Source: an uncultured bacterium (GTDB lineage: Bacteria; Hydrothermota; Tepidihabitantia; Tepidihabitantales; Tepidihabitantaceae). Taken from it: a stretch of DNA of 43,069 bases. The stretch covers positions 1 to 43,069 of the forward strand of contig CAZAKP010000003.1 in the NCBI GenBank assembly GCA_964485845.1, written 5' to 3'. How positions within the stretch are numbered: position 1 is the first letter of the stretch; each line of letters opens with the position of its first letter. Positions 35,678 through 43,069 of the stretch are shown here, piece after piece. The notes under the pieces were generated by a model, which saw only the letters and a list, made by a program, of their open reading frames with translations, did not search any database and was not told the origin of the DNA. The position numbers and the translations under genes were made by a program.

Positions 35678-38536
35678 CTAGGAGTCCTTTGCGTCTTCGC
35701 GGAAGCCGCAGGTGTGACCGAGGTCGCAGTATTCGCAGGCGCGGTCATCACCCGGCCTGGCCGGGAAGACCCCGCTGCGGATGGCCTTTACCACTTCGAT
35801 GGCGTTCTCGACCGCAGCCTTGATCATCTCCTCGACGCCGTACTTCCTTCCACCGAACCAGATGACGCGTGGGTCGCGCAGCGAGTAGACGCCGAAGTTG
35901 TCCGGTCGGGACTCGGGATTCGCGTTCCGGAACAGCCATGCGTACAAAGGGAGCTGAAGGTGGGTGCCGTCGAGAACGGCCTTGCCGCCGACATTGGTTG
36001 GGCTTCCGGTTTTGTAGTCGAGAACCCTGAAGAGCCCGCCCGAAGAGTCTATCCGGTCGAACCTGCCCCGCAGGCTGATATCACTGGTCAGGTTGCCCGC
36101 GAGTGAGAGTTCGGTTCGACCGGGCTGAAACCCGCCTTCGCGCAACTCGGTCTCAATCCGGATGATGTCGGGCAGGAGGTTGGCGAAGACGCGGCGGGTA
36201 ACCTCGGTCCAGAAGCGCGTCAGGTCGACCTCCTTCAGGGTCGCGTCCAGCGCCTTCATGGCTGCGTCCTGAATTCGCTCCACCGGCACCGGGCCGCCTG
36301 CATAGAGCTTCTCCATCACGAGATGCACAACCATACCCCACTGTCGCGCATCGACGTCGTAGCTTGGTTCCTCCGGAACTTCCATCCCGAGAACGGTCTC
36401 GATGTAGAACGCATACGGACAGCGCCGGTACTGTTCCAGCCTCGTGACGGACACGGGGCGGGAAGGACCGTAGCTGCGGGCCAGCGCGGAGCGCACTTCC
36501 TTGTCGCGGCTGAAGTCAACGACGAGGGCCGTATCCTCGAAGCGGACGTCGTTCTGTTTGCCCTGGGCGAGCTGCTCCTCGGCCGCCGAGCAGATGACCT
36601 CGGACCGGCCGACCTTGGTTGGACTTATGGCCATGAACGGCGTAGGCAGTACCGGCTGGCCTTGCCGCGATGAGTGGTAGCTCAGGAAAGGCGGGTTGGG
36701 CGACGATTCCAGGTTGCGGCGGAAGTGGAACCGCTGCCAGTCTCGGTGCCAGTCCACGTCCGGCATCCCCAGGGCGGAACGGACTCGGTCCGGCAGTATC
36801 GGGTCGGCAGTGTACGCGCTCGGCAGGTTGGTTTCCGTCAGGCCGCAGAAATAGAGGCGGCGCGGGTGGATTCCCAGCGTCTCGGTCATGTCTACAACCG
36901 TGACGCCGGTCGCTGTCGGTTCGGGCGTGCGCTGGGCGAGCCCAATGAGATACTCGAGAGTCTTGATGAACTCGGACCGGTTCCGGTCCTGGGTGCCGAA
37001 CTCCTGCTCGAACAGCGTCAGTGAATCGAGGATATCATAGAGAGACTTGCGGTCCGAGAGCAGCTCGCCGCGTTCCTCGTCCATGCTCTCAGGCTTCGAG
37101 AGGAAACCGGCCCTGCCCAGAAGCTGCTTAAGCGACCGTGCATACTCGCCGAGCGTGGAGGCGGAACCGAGCGCGGCTCCCATCATCCGCGTGGCCGAGC
37201 GCACCCGCTTCTCCATATCGAGAAGGAAGTCATCCTCGGGTTTCTCCAGTTCATCGTTCTCAGCGGCGCGGACGCGGTCACGCAGCTTGTCCCAGTTGCG
37301 ACGTCCCTTGATGATACCGGCACGGCACGAGTAGTAGCTGAGCGCCGACGCGCACCGGTCCCGCGTCGATGTATCCACGTCCGACTCAAGCCGCATCAAT
37401 CCGGGAAGAAAGGGCGACGTCAGTGCGGCGGTCGCGGCAAGCCTCTCGTAGTCTGAGTCGATGCAGCGCAGAAGCTCGAGCACCGCGACTATGGGCGGCG
37501 AGGCCGAGAGACATGTGCTCGGATAGATAGTCGCCGGAATGTCGTAAGCGTCGAACACGCGCCTGAGCAGAGGTGCGTACTCCGCGAGAGAGGGGACGGC
37601 GATAAAGGTGTCGCTGAGTTCAGCCAGGCCACCGGCGATGAGGTCGCGGCAGATGGCCTTCGCTTCTTCCTCGGCGTCAGAGTATTCAAAGAAGGCGGGT
37701 ATGGATACGACCGGCTCGTGGATGCGCTCCGTCTCGAACTCGGCCAGCGATGAGACGAATGACTTGAAGCGTTCCGCCATTGCGTAGTCGAGGTCATTCG
37801 GGTCGCCTGCATGGCCGAGTGCCAGTGTAGTCCCGGCATTCTCAATCAGCGTTCGTATGAGGTCGGCCTCGAGCCGGTCAGGGGCCACGAAGCTGTCGAG
37901 GACAAGCACGTGAGGCAGCGCGGCCTTCGGGACAGACTTCGCGGCCTCGGCCATGATGCCTTCGTCATCGGTCCAGTTGGAGCGGGCGAGTTCAGATTCG
38001 TAGGTGTCCAGCGCGGCCAGAGCGTCGAGGCAGCGGGCGAGCGGCTTCTCGAACCCGACGAGCAGCGCCTCGAACGTCGATTTCAGCGACCGGCGGTCGT
38101 GCGCGGGGACATAGCGGCGGATCTGAGTGATGAAGTCGGCGACTGCACGGGCATAGCCGATAGAAGGAAGCGCTGACTGATGAGCGATAAGTGATGAGTG
38201 TGCGGGTCCATCACTGACTGGAGCCTGCGGCTCGCGACCCTTGTCTGTCAGCAGGCGCTGGACCAGGAGCGGTTTGAGTTCAGCCGGCAGGCGGCGGGCC
38301 GAACCGTATCGGTCGTGGATGTCGCGGGCGAGCTGGCGGAGCGTGGCGAATTGGGGAGGGACGATCGCTTCCCGGCCGCTGAGCCTCAGGAAGTCGGCCT
38401 TGGCCTGGTCCAGCCGGCGCGGGCTGGGGCAGAGGTAGAGGATATCGCCGGGGTCAGGGGCGGCGTCCAGCGCGGCTCTAATCAGGCGCTCGCCGGCGTC
38501 ATGAACGCCGAACGAGGCGAGGAGAAGCTTTCTCAA
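35678..38536 (-). CDS. addB: AddB-like helicase-nuclease subunit (PD-(D/E)XK nuclease with C-terminal Fe-S cysteines)
   Basis: The nuclease motif GRFDRID...RVLDYKTGS and the terminal cysteines ..DRACEYCDLGHTC.. are present. The gene lies immediately upstream of addA. TTG start at 38536. Confidence 0.85.
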   Translation of the reverse strand: MRKLLLASFGVHDAGERLIRAALDAAPDPGDILYLCPSPRRLDQAKADFLRLSGREAIVPPQFATLRQLARDIHDRYGSARRLPAELKPLLVQRLLTDKGREPQAPVSDGPAHSSLIAHQSALPSIGYARAVADFITQIRRYVPAHDRRSLKSTFEALLVGFEKPLARCLDALAALDTYESELARSNWTDDEGIMAEAAKSVPKAALPHVLVLDSFVAPDRLEADLIRTLIENAGTTLALGHAGDPNDLDYAMAERFKSFVSSLAEFETERIHEPVVSIPAFFEYSDAEEEAKAICRDLIAGGLAELSDTFIAVPSLAEYAPLLRRVFDAYDIPATIYPSTCLSASPPIVAVLELLRCIDSDYERLAATAALTSPFLPGLMRLESDVDTSTRDRCASALSYYSCRAGIIKGRRNWDKLRDRVRAAENDELEKPEDDFLLDMEKRVRSATRMMGAALGSASTLGEYARSLKQLLGRAGFLSKPESMDEERGELLSDRKSLYDILDSLTLFEQEFGTQDRNRSEFIKTLEYLIGLAQRTPEPTATGVTVVDMTETLGIHPRRLYFCGLTETNLPSAYTADPILPDRVRSALGMPDVDWHRDWQRFHFRRNLESSPNPPFLSYHSSRQGQPVLPTPFMAISPTKVGRSEVICSAAEEQLAQGKQNDVRFEDTALVVDFSRDKEVRSALARSYGPSRPVSVTRLEQYRRCPYAFYIETVLGMEVPEEPSYDVDARQWGMVVHLVMEKLYAGGPVPVERIQDAAMKALDATLKEVDLTRFWTEVTRRVFANLLPDIIRIETELREGGFQPGRTELSLAGNLTSDISLRGRFDRIDSSGGLFRVLDYKTGSPTNVGGKAVLDGTHLQLPLYAWLFRNANPESRPDNFGVYSLRDPRVIWFGGRKYGVEEMIKAAVENAIEVVKAIRSGVFPARPGDDRACEYCDLGHTCGFREDAKDS
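38173..38200. repeat. Heptamer array (CTGACTG ATGAGCG ATAAGTG ATGAGTG) inside addB
   Basis: A 7-nt periodicity is visible. It encodes ..AHSSLIAHQSA.. on the minus strand. Confidence 0.6.
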
Positions 38537-38548
38537 GGTCAGCCGGGG

Positions 38549-38620
38549 GCTAGCAGTCAGTTACCAGATGGCTGTTGGGGGTCGCCTCCCGCTTCTAGCT
38601 CATAGCCTCTGACTGCTAGC
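38549..38620. repeat. Perfect 12-bp inverted repeat GCTAGCAGTCAG ... CTGACTGCTAGC with 48-nt spacer
   Basis: The arms are at 38549-38560 and 38609-38620. The element lies between the small basic ORF (whose stop codon is inside the right arm) and the addB start. Confidence 0.7.
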
Positions 38621-38726
38621 TCTTCGTTCCGGCTTTGGTCGCGAGCTTGCGTGCGTCTTTGCGGCGACGGGCTTTCACTACCCGGCGGTGGCGCATACGG
38701 CGGACCTTGATTTTGCTTCTTGCCAT
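38616..38726 (-). CDS. Small highly basic protein (36 aa), ribosomal-protein-like composition; not in the ORF track
   Basis: AAGGAG lies 5 nt upstream of ATG 38726. Translation: MARSKIKVRRMRHRRVVKARRRKDARKLATKAGTKS. Confidence 0.45.
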   Translation of the reverse strand: MARSKIKVRRMRHRRVVKARRRKDARKLATKAGTKS

Positions 38727-38740
38727 ATTACTCCTTAAGT

Positions 38741-40162
38741 CTACTTGAGGATGACCACGGTCTTTGTCGAGTTGCCGGCGATAAGCAGGTAGCTGCCGGC
38801 TGCAACCGGGTGTCCGGTCCGGTCGGAACCGTCCCAGAATCGCCCCACTCCGGCAACGAGCGTTCGTACATCGCGGCCGGATGCATCGTATACGTCCACG
38901 CGGTCATCCGCCGGGCCGGGCAGCGCGATGCGACCGGGCAGCCGCAGGATGGTTGTTCGTCTGCCGCCCGGCAGGTTGCGGGAGTCCGGTTCGGCAACGG
39001 CCGTGAACGGTTCGTTGTGGACGCAGAATACCTGCTGCGAGTCGGACTTCACTGCCGAATCGACCAGCACCAGGGCGTGGCCGCAGTGGTTCGGGTCAAT
39101 CGCGATAGCGCCGAAGCTGGTCCGGCCGTCGTCGCGAATCGCGGAGTTGTAGAACAACCCGGAGGAATTGGAGACGTGGAATATCTCCTCAGTGTTGAGG
39201 TTTCCGTTGATTCTCTCCCAGGTCGCGTGGACATCGTTGCCATCCATCGCGAATCCCCGCATGGCGGCGCTGGCCGACGCGGTCATCAGGACCGTGCTGT
39301 CCCACTGGGTCGAGTTGGGCGGCCGGTGCAGGTAACACGTGCGGAACGGGTAGCCCCAGCCGTCGTTGCCGCTGCAGACGAGGTGCAACTCGCCGGAGTC
39401 TGCGGCAGCGATGGCAGAGCTGAAGTCGTTCAGGCTCTTGCTTTCAAGTATCTCGTAAGTCCAGGCGGTGTCGCCTGGCCCCGCGTTCTGGGCATGGTGG
39501 ATGTGGTAGGTGCCGTAGTCGCCGCCCCGGTAGGTGATGTGCGCGGTTCCCCCCGGCTCGATCGCCAGCCACGGGTTGGCGCCGCTCCCGAATCCGCCGA
39601 GCTGGCTGCCGCTCAGCACCTGTGTTCGCCAGGCGCCGGCGCGTCTCGCGCAGGCTATGTGATAGGTGTCGCTCGAATCCAGCGTGATCCAGGCCAGGTT
39701 CGGAATCGTATCGGCTTCGAGCGCGATCGTCGGCAGCCACTGTTCGAGCGAGTCGTCGGTCATGCGGGTCGTCACCCATTGACCGGTCCGGTTCGTGGCG
39801 TAGAAGACATCGGCAGCCGACCCATACTGAACGGTCCACGCGATGTGGGCAAAGCCCGATCTCCGTTCGACCGCGATCACCGCGCAGGCGTTCGCCGTCT
39901 CCGCCAGTGCCTCCGGCTCGGTCCAGGTGCCGGCGGCGGGCCGGCGCGCGAACATCACCCGGCGCTGCGAAGGGCTCACCTGTTCGGTCCAGACCGCCGA
40001 CAGATTTGCGCCGGAATCGGCCGCCAGCGCCTGCATCGAAAGTGACTTGAGGGTGACGCTGTGGGTGATGGTATCGGTCCCGGTCGTTATCCAGTCGCGG
40101 GTCGCGCCGAACGACGCGGTCGCGAGAGCCAGCAGGCTAATCAGTGACTTTGAACACTTCAT
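38741..40162 (-). CDS. Secreted BNR/sialidase-like repeat protein with T9SS C-terminal sorting domain
   Basis: Signal peptide MKCSKSLISLLALATASFG. Recurring strand motifs (AHIAWT, NLAWITLD, AHITYRGGD, VHATWER) are present. The CTD reads ..VDVYDASGRDVRTLV...VAAGSYLLIAGNSTKTVVILK. Confidence 0.75.
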   Translation of the reverse strand: MKCSKSLISLLALATASFGATRDWITTGTDTITHSVTLKSLSMQALAADSGANLSAVWTEQVSPSQRRVMFARRPAAGTWTEPEALAETANACAVIAVERRSGFAHIAWTVQYGSAADVFYATNRTGQWVTTRMTDDSLEQWLPTIALEADTIPNLAWITLDSSDTYHIACARRAGAWRTQVLSGSQLGGFGSGANPWLAIEPGGTAHITYRGGDYGTYHIHHAQNAGPGDTAWTYEILESKSLNDFSSAIAAADSGELHLVCSGNDGWGYPFRTCYLHRPPNSTQWDSTVLMTASASAAMRGFAMDGNDVHATWERINGNLNTEEIFHVSNSSGLFYNSAIRDDGRTSFGAIAIDPNHCGHALVLVDSAVKSDSQQVFCVHNEPFTAVAEPDSRNLPGGRRTTILRLPGRIALPGPADDRVDVYDASGRDVRTLVAGVGRFWDGSDRTGHPVAAGSYLLIAGNSTKTVVILK

Positions 40163-40394
40163 CGTGCTCGTGAACGTGGCACCGCACCTTCATCCCGGCA
40201 TCCTGTCCGACTTCGAGTCGCGGGATGGAGTGGTGCTCGACCTCGAGCGATTCCACCACCTGGGTGCAGTCGCTGGTGTGTCCTTTGATGTGGATGGTGT
40301 CTCCGACCGCTATCGGCCCCTCGGTAGCCTTGACGACGGCGACTTCCAGCTTGCCGAAATAGTGCGTTATGAGTCCAACCTTTGTTTCAGCCAT
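40137..40394 (-). CDS. Translation elongation factor-like small protein (EF-Tu domain 2-like barrel)
   Basis: MAETKVGLITHYFGKLEVAVVKATEGPIAVGDTIHIKGHTSDCTQVVESLEVEHHSIPRLEVGQDAGMKV... AGGGAG serves as SD. The 3' end overlaps the next gene by 26 nt. Confidence 0.7.
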   Translation of the reverse strand: MAETKVGLITHYFGKLEVAVVKATEGPIAVGDTIHIKGHTSDCTQVVESLEVEHHSIPRLEVGQDAGMKVRCHVHEHDEVFKVTD

Positions 40395-40450
40395 GTTTCT
40401 CCCTTGTTGGTTTCTCCTCCGTCATTCGGACCTGGGACTTCGCCATTCCT

Positions 40451-41740
40451 CTAAGGGTAGACCTTCTCAAGCATACGCGGGAACGGTATCGTCTCGCGGA
40501 TGTGTTTGAGCCCGCAAATCCAGGCCACGGTACGTTCGAGCCCCAGCCCGAAGCCGGAGTGGGGGAACGAGCCGAAGCGACGTACGTCCAGATACCACTC
40601 GAACGCCTTGCGCGGCAGCTTGTATTCGTCGATGCGCTTCTCCATCTCCTTAAGGTCGTCTTCCCGTTGCGACCCACCGACGATCTCGCCATAGCCTTCT
40701 GATGCTATCATGTCGAAGGCGAGGGCGAGGGTCGGGTCAGCGGCGTCGCGTTTCATGTAGAAGGCCTTGATTGCCGCCGGGTAGTGGTGAATCATCACCG
40801 GCCGGTCGAATGCCTCGCCCAGGAGCGTCTCCTCGTCGCCGCCGAAGTCGTCGCCCGGCCTGATTTCCTTGCCCTTGTCCTGGAGCAGCTTTATCGCCTC
40901 GTGATACGAGATGCGCGGGAAAGGCGGCTTGATTGCTTCAAGCTTCGTTGTGTCGCGCTCCAGCGTGGCCAGTTCGGGCTTCCGCTTTTCGAGCACGCGC
41001 TGCACCGTGTAAGCGACCAGTTCCTCAGCGAGAGACATGTCGCCGGCGAGGTCGAGGAAAGCAACCTCGGGTTCGAGCATCCAGAACTCCATCAGGTGGC
41101 GCCGGGTCTTCGATTTCTCGGCGCGGAAGGTCGGGCCGAAGCAATACGTCTTGCGCACCGACGCGGCAATCGCCTCGTTGTAGAGCTGCCCGGTCTGGGC
41201 GAGATAGACCTGTTCGCCGTAGTAGTCCACCGGAAACAGCGTTGTGGTCCCTTCGCCTGCCGCGGGCGTCAGTATGGGCGTGTCGCCCAGCACGAAGCCG
41301 TTTTCATCGAGGTAGTCGCGCATCGCCTTCACGATTTCCGAGCGGATGCGCAGAACCGCGTGCTGGCGGGCGGAGCGAAGCCAGAGGTGGCGATGCTCCA
41401 TCAGGAACTCCACGCCGTGCTCCTTCGGCGTGATGGGATAGGGCTCCGCGAGCTGGATGAGCTTCAGATTGGTGGCGGTCAGTTCGAATCCGCCCGGCGC
41501 GCGCTTCTCCTCGCGCACCGTACCGGTGACCTCAACCGATGATTCCTGCGTCACCGAGTCGGCCAGGTCGAACGCCGCCCCCGGCACCTGGTTCTTCAGG
41601 AACACGCACTGGATGACGCCGGTGCCGTCGCGCAGCATGACGAATCTTATCTTGCCTGAAGACCGCTTGTTGTAGACCCAGCCGGCGAGGGTGACTTCTT
41701 TGCCGACTGAGGCGCCGATTCGCTCTATCACTGTATCCAC
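40451..41740 (-). CDS. asnS: Asparagine--tRNA ligase
   Basis: Class IIb synthetase with an N-terminal OB fold. Motifs ...[28 protein letters not shown]... and ...GGSQREDD...[14 protein letters not shown]... are typical of AsnRS of about 430 aa. Confidence 0.9.
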   Translation of the reverse strand: MDTVIERIGASVGKEVTLAGWVYNKRSSGKIRFVMLRDGTGVIQCVFLKNQVPGAAFDLADSVTQESSVEVTGTVREEKRAPGGFELTATNLKLIQLAEPYPITPKEHGVEFLMEHRHLWLRSARQHAVLRIRSEIVKAMRDYLDENGFVLGDTPILTPAAGEGTTTLFPVDYYGEQVYLAQTGQLYNEAIAASVRKTYCFGPTFRAEKSKTRRHLMEFWMLEPEVAFLDLAGDMSLAEELVAYTVQRVLEKRKPELATLERDTTKLEAIKPPFPRISYHEAIKLLQDKGKEIRPGDDFGGDEETLLGEAFDRPVMIHHYPAAIKAFYMKRDAADPTLALAFDMIASEGYGEIVGGSQREDDLKEMEKRIDEYKLPRKAFEWYLDVRRFGSFPHSGFGLGLERTVAWICGLKHIRETIPFPRMLEKVYP

Positions 41741-41746
41741 GGACGG

Positions 41747-41774
41747 ATTCTAGGGCGGGAGTCGGGCAAGTCAA
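41747..41774 (-). promoter_or_regulatory. Sigma70-type promoter 6 nt upstream of asnS GTG (leaderless geometry)
   Basis: The minus strand reads TTGACT (41769-41774), N16, TAGAAT (41747-41752), then 6 nt, then GTG at 41740. Confidence 0.5.
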
Positions 41775-41820
41775 GCGCCGGGAGGGCTTGCGGACCCCGG
41801 CCGGGGAGATCCCGGCGCGG

Positions 41821-41848
41821 TTGACATGAAGCCGGCCCGGGCTAACAT
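41821..41848 (+). promoter_or_regulatory. Sigma70-type promoter 7 nt upstream of an in-frame mlaE GTG (leaderless geometry)
   Basis: TTGACA (41821-41826), N16, TAACAT (41843-41848), then 7 nt, then GTG at 41856. Confidence 0.4.
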
Positions 41849-41855
41849 TGCCCGG

Positions 41856-42596
41856 GTGAGAGTTTTGCTTGCGCCGGTCGATTACCTGACCTTTCTGGTC
41901 CGGTGTCTGGTGGAGTCGTGGGACCTCCGCCGGACGTGGCCCCGGTTCATCGACCAATTGTCGGTTCATGGCGTCGGCGCCCTGCCGGTAATCGTGCTGA
42001 CGTCGGTTTTCATCGGCCTGACCACGGCAGTCCAAACCAGCTACCAATTGATGGGCGTGGTGCCCAAGTACTTCGTCGGCATGGGGGTGGGCAGGATTGT
42101 GCTGATTGAACTCGCACCGGTGCTGACCGGGTTCATCGTGGCCGGCCGGTCGGCCTCGGCCATCGCCGCGGAACTGGGCGCGATGCGGGTATCCGAGCAG
42201 ATCGACGCGCTCGAAGTGATGGGCGTCGACCCCTACCGCTATCTCTGCCTGCCGAGAATCATGGCAGCGACTATCGGCCTGCCGCTGCTCGTCGTCGTGA
42301 CCGAGGTCGTGGCGGTGTTTACGGCGCTGATCATCTCGGCGAGAATGCTCGGAGTGCCGGCGAGCACGTTTACCTACGGCGTGACCCATTTCTTCATGGT
42401 CCGGGACTTCACGGGCGGAATCGTGAAGGCCGCGCTGTTCGGGATGCTCATCGGCAACAGCGGCTGCTACTACGGATTCAACGTCCAGGGCGGCGCGCAG
42501 GGAGTGGGCCGGGCCACAACCAGCGCGGTTGTGCTTTCGGCAGTGCTCATCCTGCTGGTTGACTTCGTCGTGGCGCTCATCTTCTTCAACACATGA
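41856..42596 (+). CDS. mlaE: MlaE-family ABC transporter permease
   Basis: ...IGLTTAVQTSYQL...IVLIELAPVLTGFIVAGRSASAIAAELGAMRVSEQIDALEVMGVDPYRYLCLPRI... is the MlaE signature. The ORF-track ATG at 41826 sits inside the predicted -35 box, so GTG 41856 is preferred. This start is uncertain. Confidence 0.8.
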   Translation: MRVLLAPVDYLTFLVRCLVESWDLRRTWPRFIDQLSVHGVGALPVIVLTSVFIGLTTAVQTSYQLMGVVPKYFVGMGVGRIVLIELAPVLTGFIVAGRSASAIAAELGAMRVSEQIDALEVMGVDPYRYLCLPRIMAATIGLPLLVVVTEVVAVFTALIISARMLGVPASTFTYGVTHFFMVRDFTGGIVKAALFGMLIGNSGCYYGFNVQGGAQGVGRATTSAVVLSAVLILLVDFVVALIFFNT

Positions 42597-43069
42597 TACG
42601 GGTTGAGGATGTCAGCAAGCGGTTCCGGCGCAACGTCGTGCTGGACGGGGTCAACCTTGAGGTGCCGGACGGCGCCACCACCGTGATACTTGGGCCTTCC
42701 GGCATCGGCAAGACCGTGCTGCTCAAGATAATGGCCGGGGTACTGGCGCCGGACCGGGGACGTGTGTTCCACGACGGCAAACAGGTGCACTTCGGCCGGT
42801 TCGCGGACAACCGCGACCTCGCCGGCGCGCTCGGCTACGTGTTTCAGGGCGGGGCGCTCTTCGACTCGCTCACCGTTGCCGAGAACGTAGCCCTCGTCCT
42901 GGAAGAGACGACTCGATTGACCCGCGCGCAAATCCGCAGCCGGACCGAAGAAGCACTGCGCCGCGTGGGCATGGCCGACCACGCCGGGCTCTACCCGCGC
43001 GCCCTGTCCGGCGGCATGACGCGGCTCGTGGCTATCGCCCGGGCGCTGGTTGCCGACCCGCCCGTCCTG
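42593..43069 (+). CDS. ABC transporter ATP-binding protein, MlaF-like (3' end outside window)
   Basis: The ATG overlaps the mlaE stop (ATGA). My own translation reads MIRVEDVSKRFRRNVVLDGVNLEVPDGATTVILGPSGIGKTVLLK...LSGGMTRLVAIARAL, giving Walker A and the ABC signature. Confidence 0.85.
   Translation, partial: MIRVEDVSKRFRRNVVLDGVNLEVPDGATTVILGPSGIGKTVLLKIMAGVLAPDRGRVFHDGKQVHFGRFADNRDLAGALGYVFQGGALFDSLTVAENVALVLEETTRLTRAQIRSRTEEALRRVGMADHAGLYPRALSGGMTRLVAIARALVADPPVL

Noticed and set aside
38720-40045. 441-aa plus-strand ORF
   Set aside because: It is antisense to the T9SS BNR-like gene, which has a signal peptide and a CTD. The translation is Arg/Gly/Val-rich with no recognisable motifs.
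40137-40162. 26-nt overlap between the EF-Tu-domain-2-like gene and the downstream T9SS gene, considered as a possible mis-called start or frameshift
   Set aside because: Both reading frames are well supported: one by a complete small-barrel protein, the other by an intact signal peptide that starts at ATG 40162. A simple out-of-frame gene overlap is sufficient to explain it.

Overview
High-GC bacterial chromosomal window of 43,069 bp. It is mostly housekeeping genes: PurS-fused purL, hpf-hprK-EIIA(Man), recR, dnaX, a large SRP RNA, gyrA, asnS, mlaE plus an mlaF-like gene, and an AddAB-type helicase-nuclease pair. Accessory material is interspersed. Three secreted proteins end in Por/T9SS-type C-terminal sorting domains. 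By inference this points to an uncultivated FCB-superphylum-like lineage. The left end carries a partial integrated element (HTH_36-like protein, iteron-like 8-mers, tyrosine integrase). The element abuts a 5' half of tRNA-Arg(TCT) and sits next to an intact tRNA-Pro(TGG). The most interesting locus is a minus-strand operon running from about 7751 down to 2842. It has a near-consensus promoter, a PqqD-family (RRE-like) protein, a 64-codon Cys-containing ORF that ends in Ser and has a strong SD, a large T9SS cargo protein, and a divergent HprK-fold P-loop kinase. No recognisable RiPP core enzyme (lasso cyclase or protease, radical SAM, YcaO, LanM) is present. This looks like an undescribed peptide-modification cassette. 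Other signals: (1) heptanucleotide tandem-repeat arrays, both intergenic (8464-8700) and in frame inside addA and addB; (2) a recurring geometry of TTGAC(A/T)-N16/17-TAnnnT followed 5-8 nt later by GTG or ATG at seven genes, implying leaderless mRNAs and refining several starts; (3) an in-frame TGA exactly at the lipobox cysteine of a PKD-domain lipoprotein gene that keeps a perfect promoter and SD; (4) a probable CTG start for recR; (5) small unannotated ORFs. No rRNA, CRISPR array or transposase was seen. All calls come from reading the sequence and ORF translations by eye; no searches were run.
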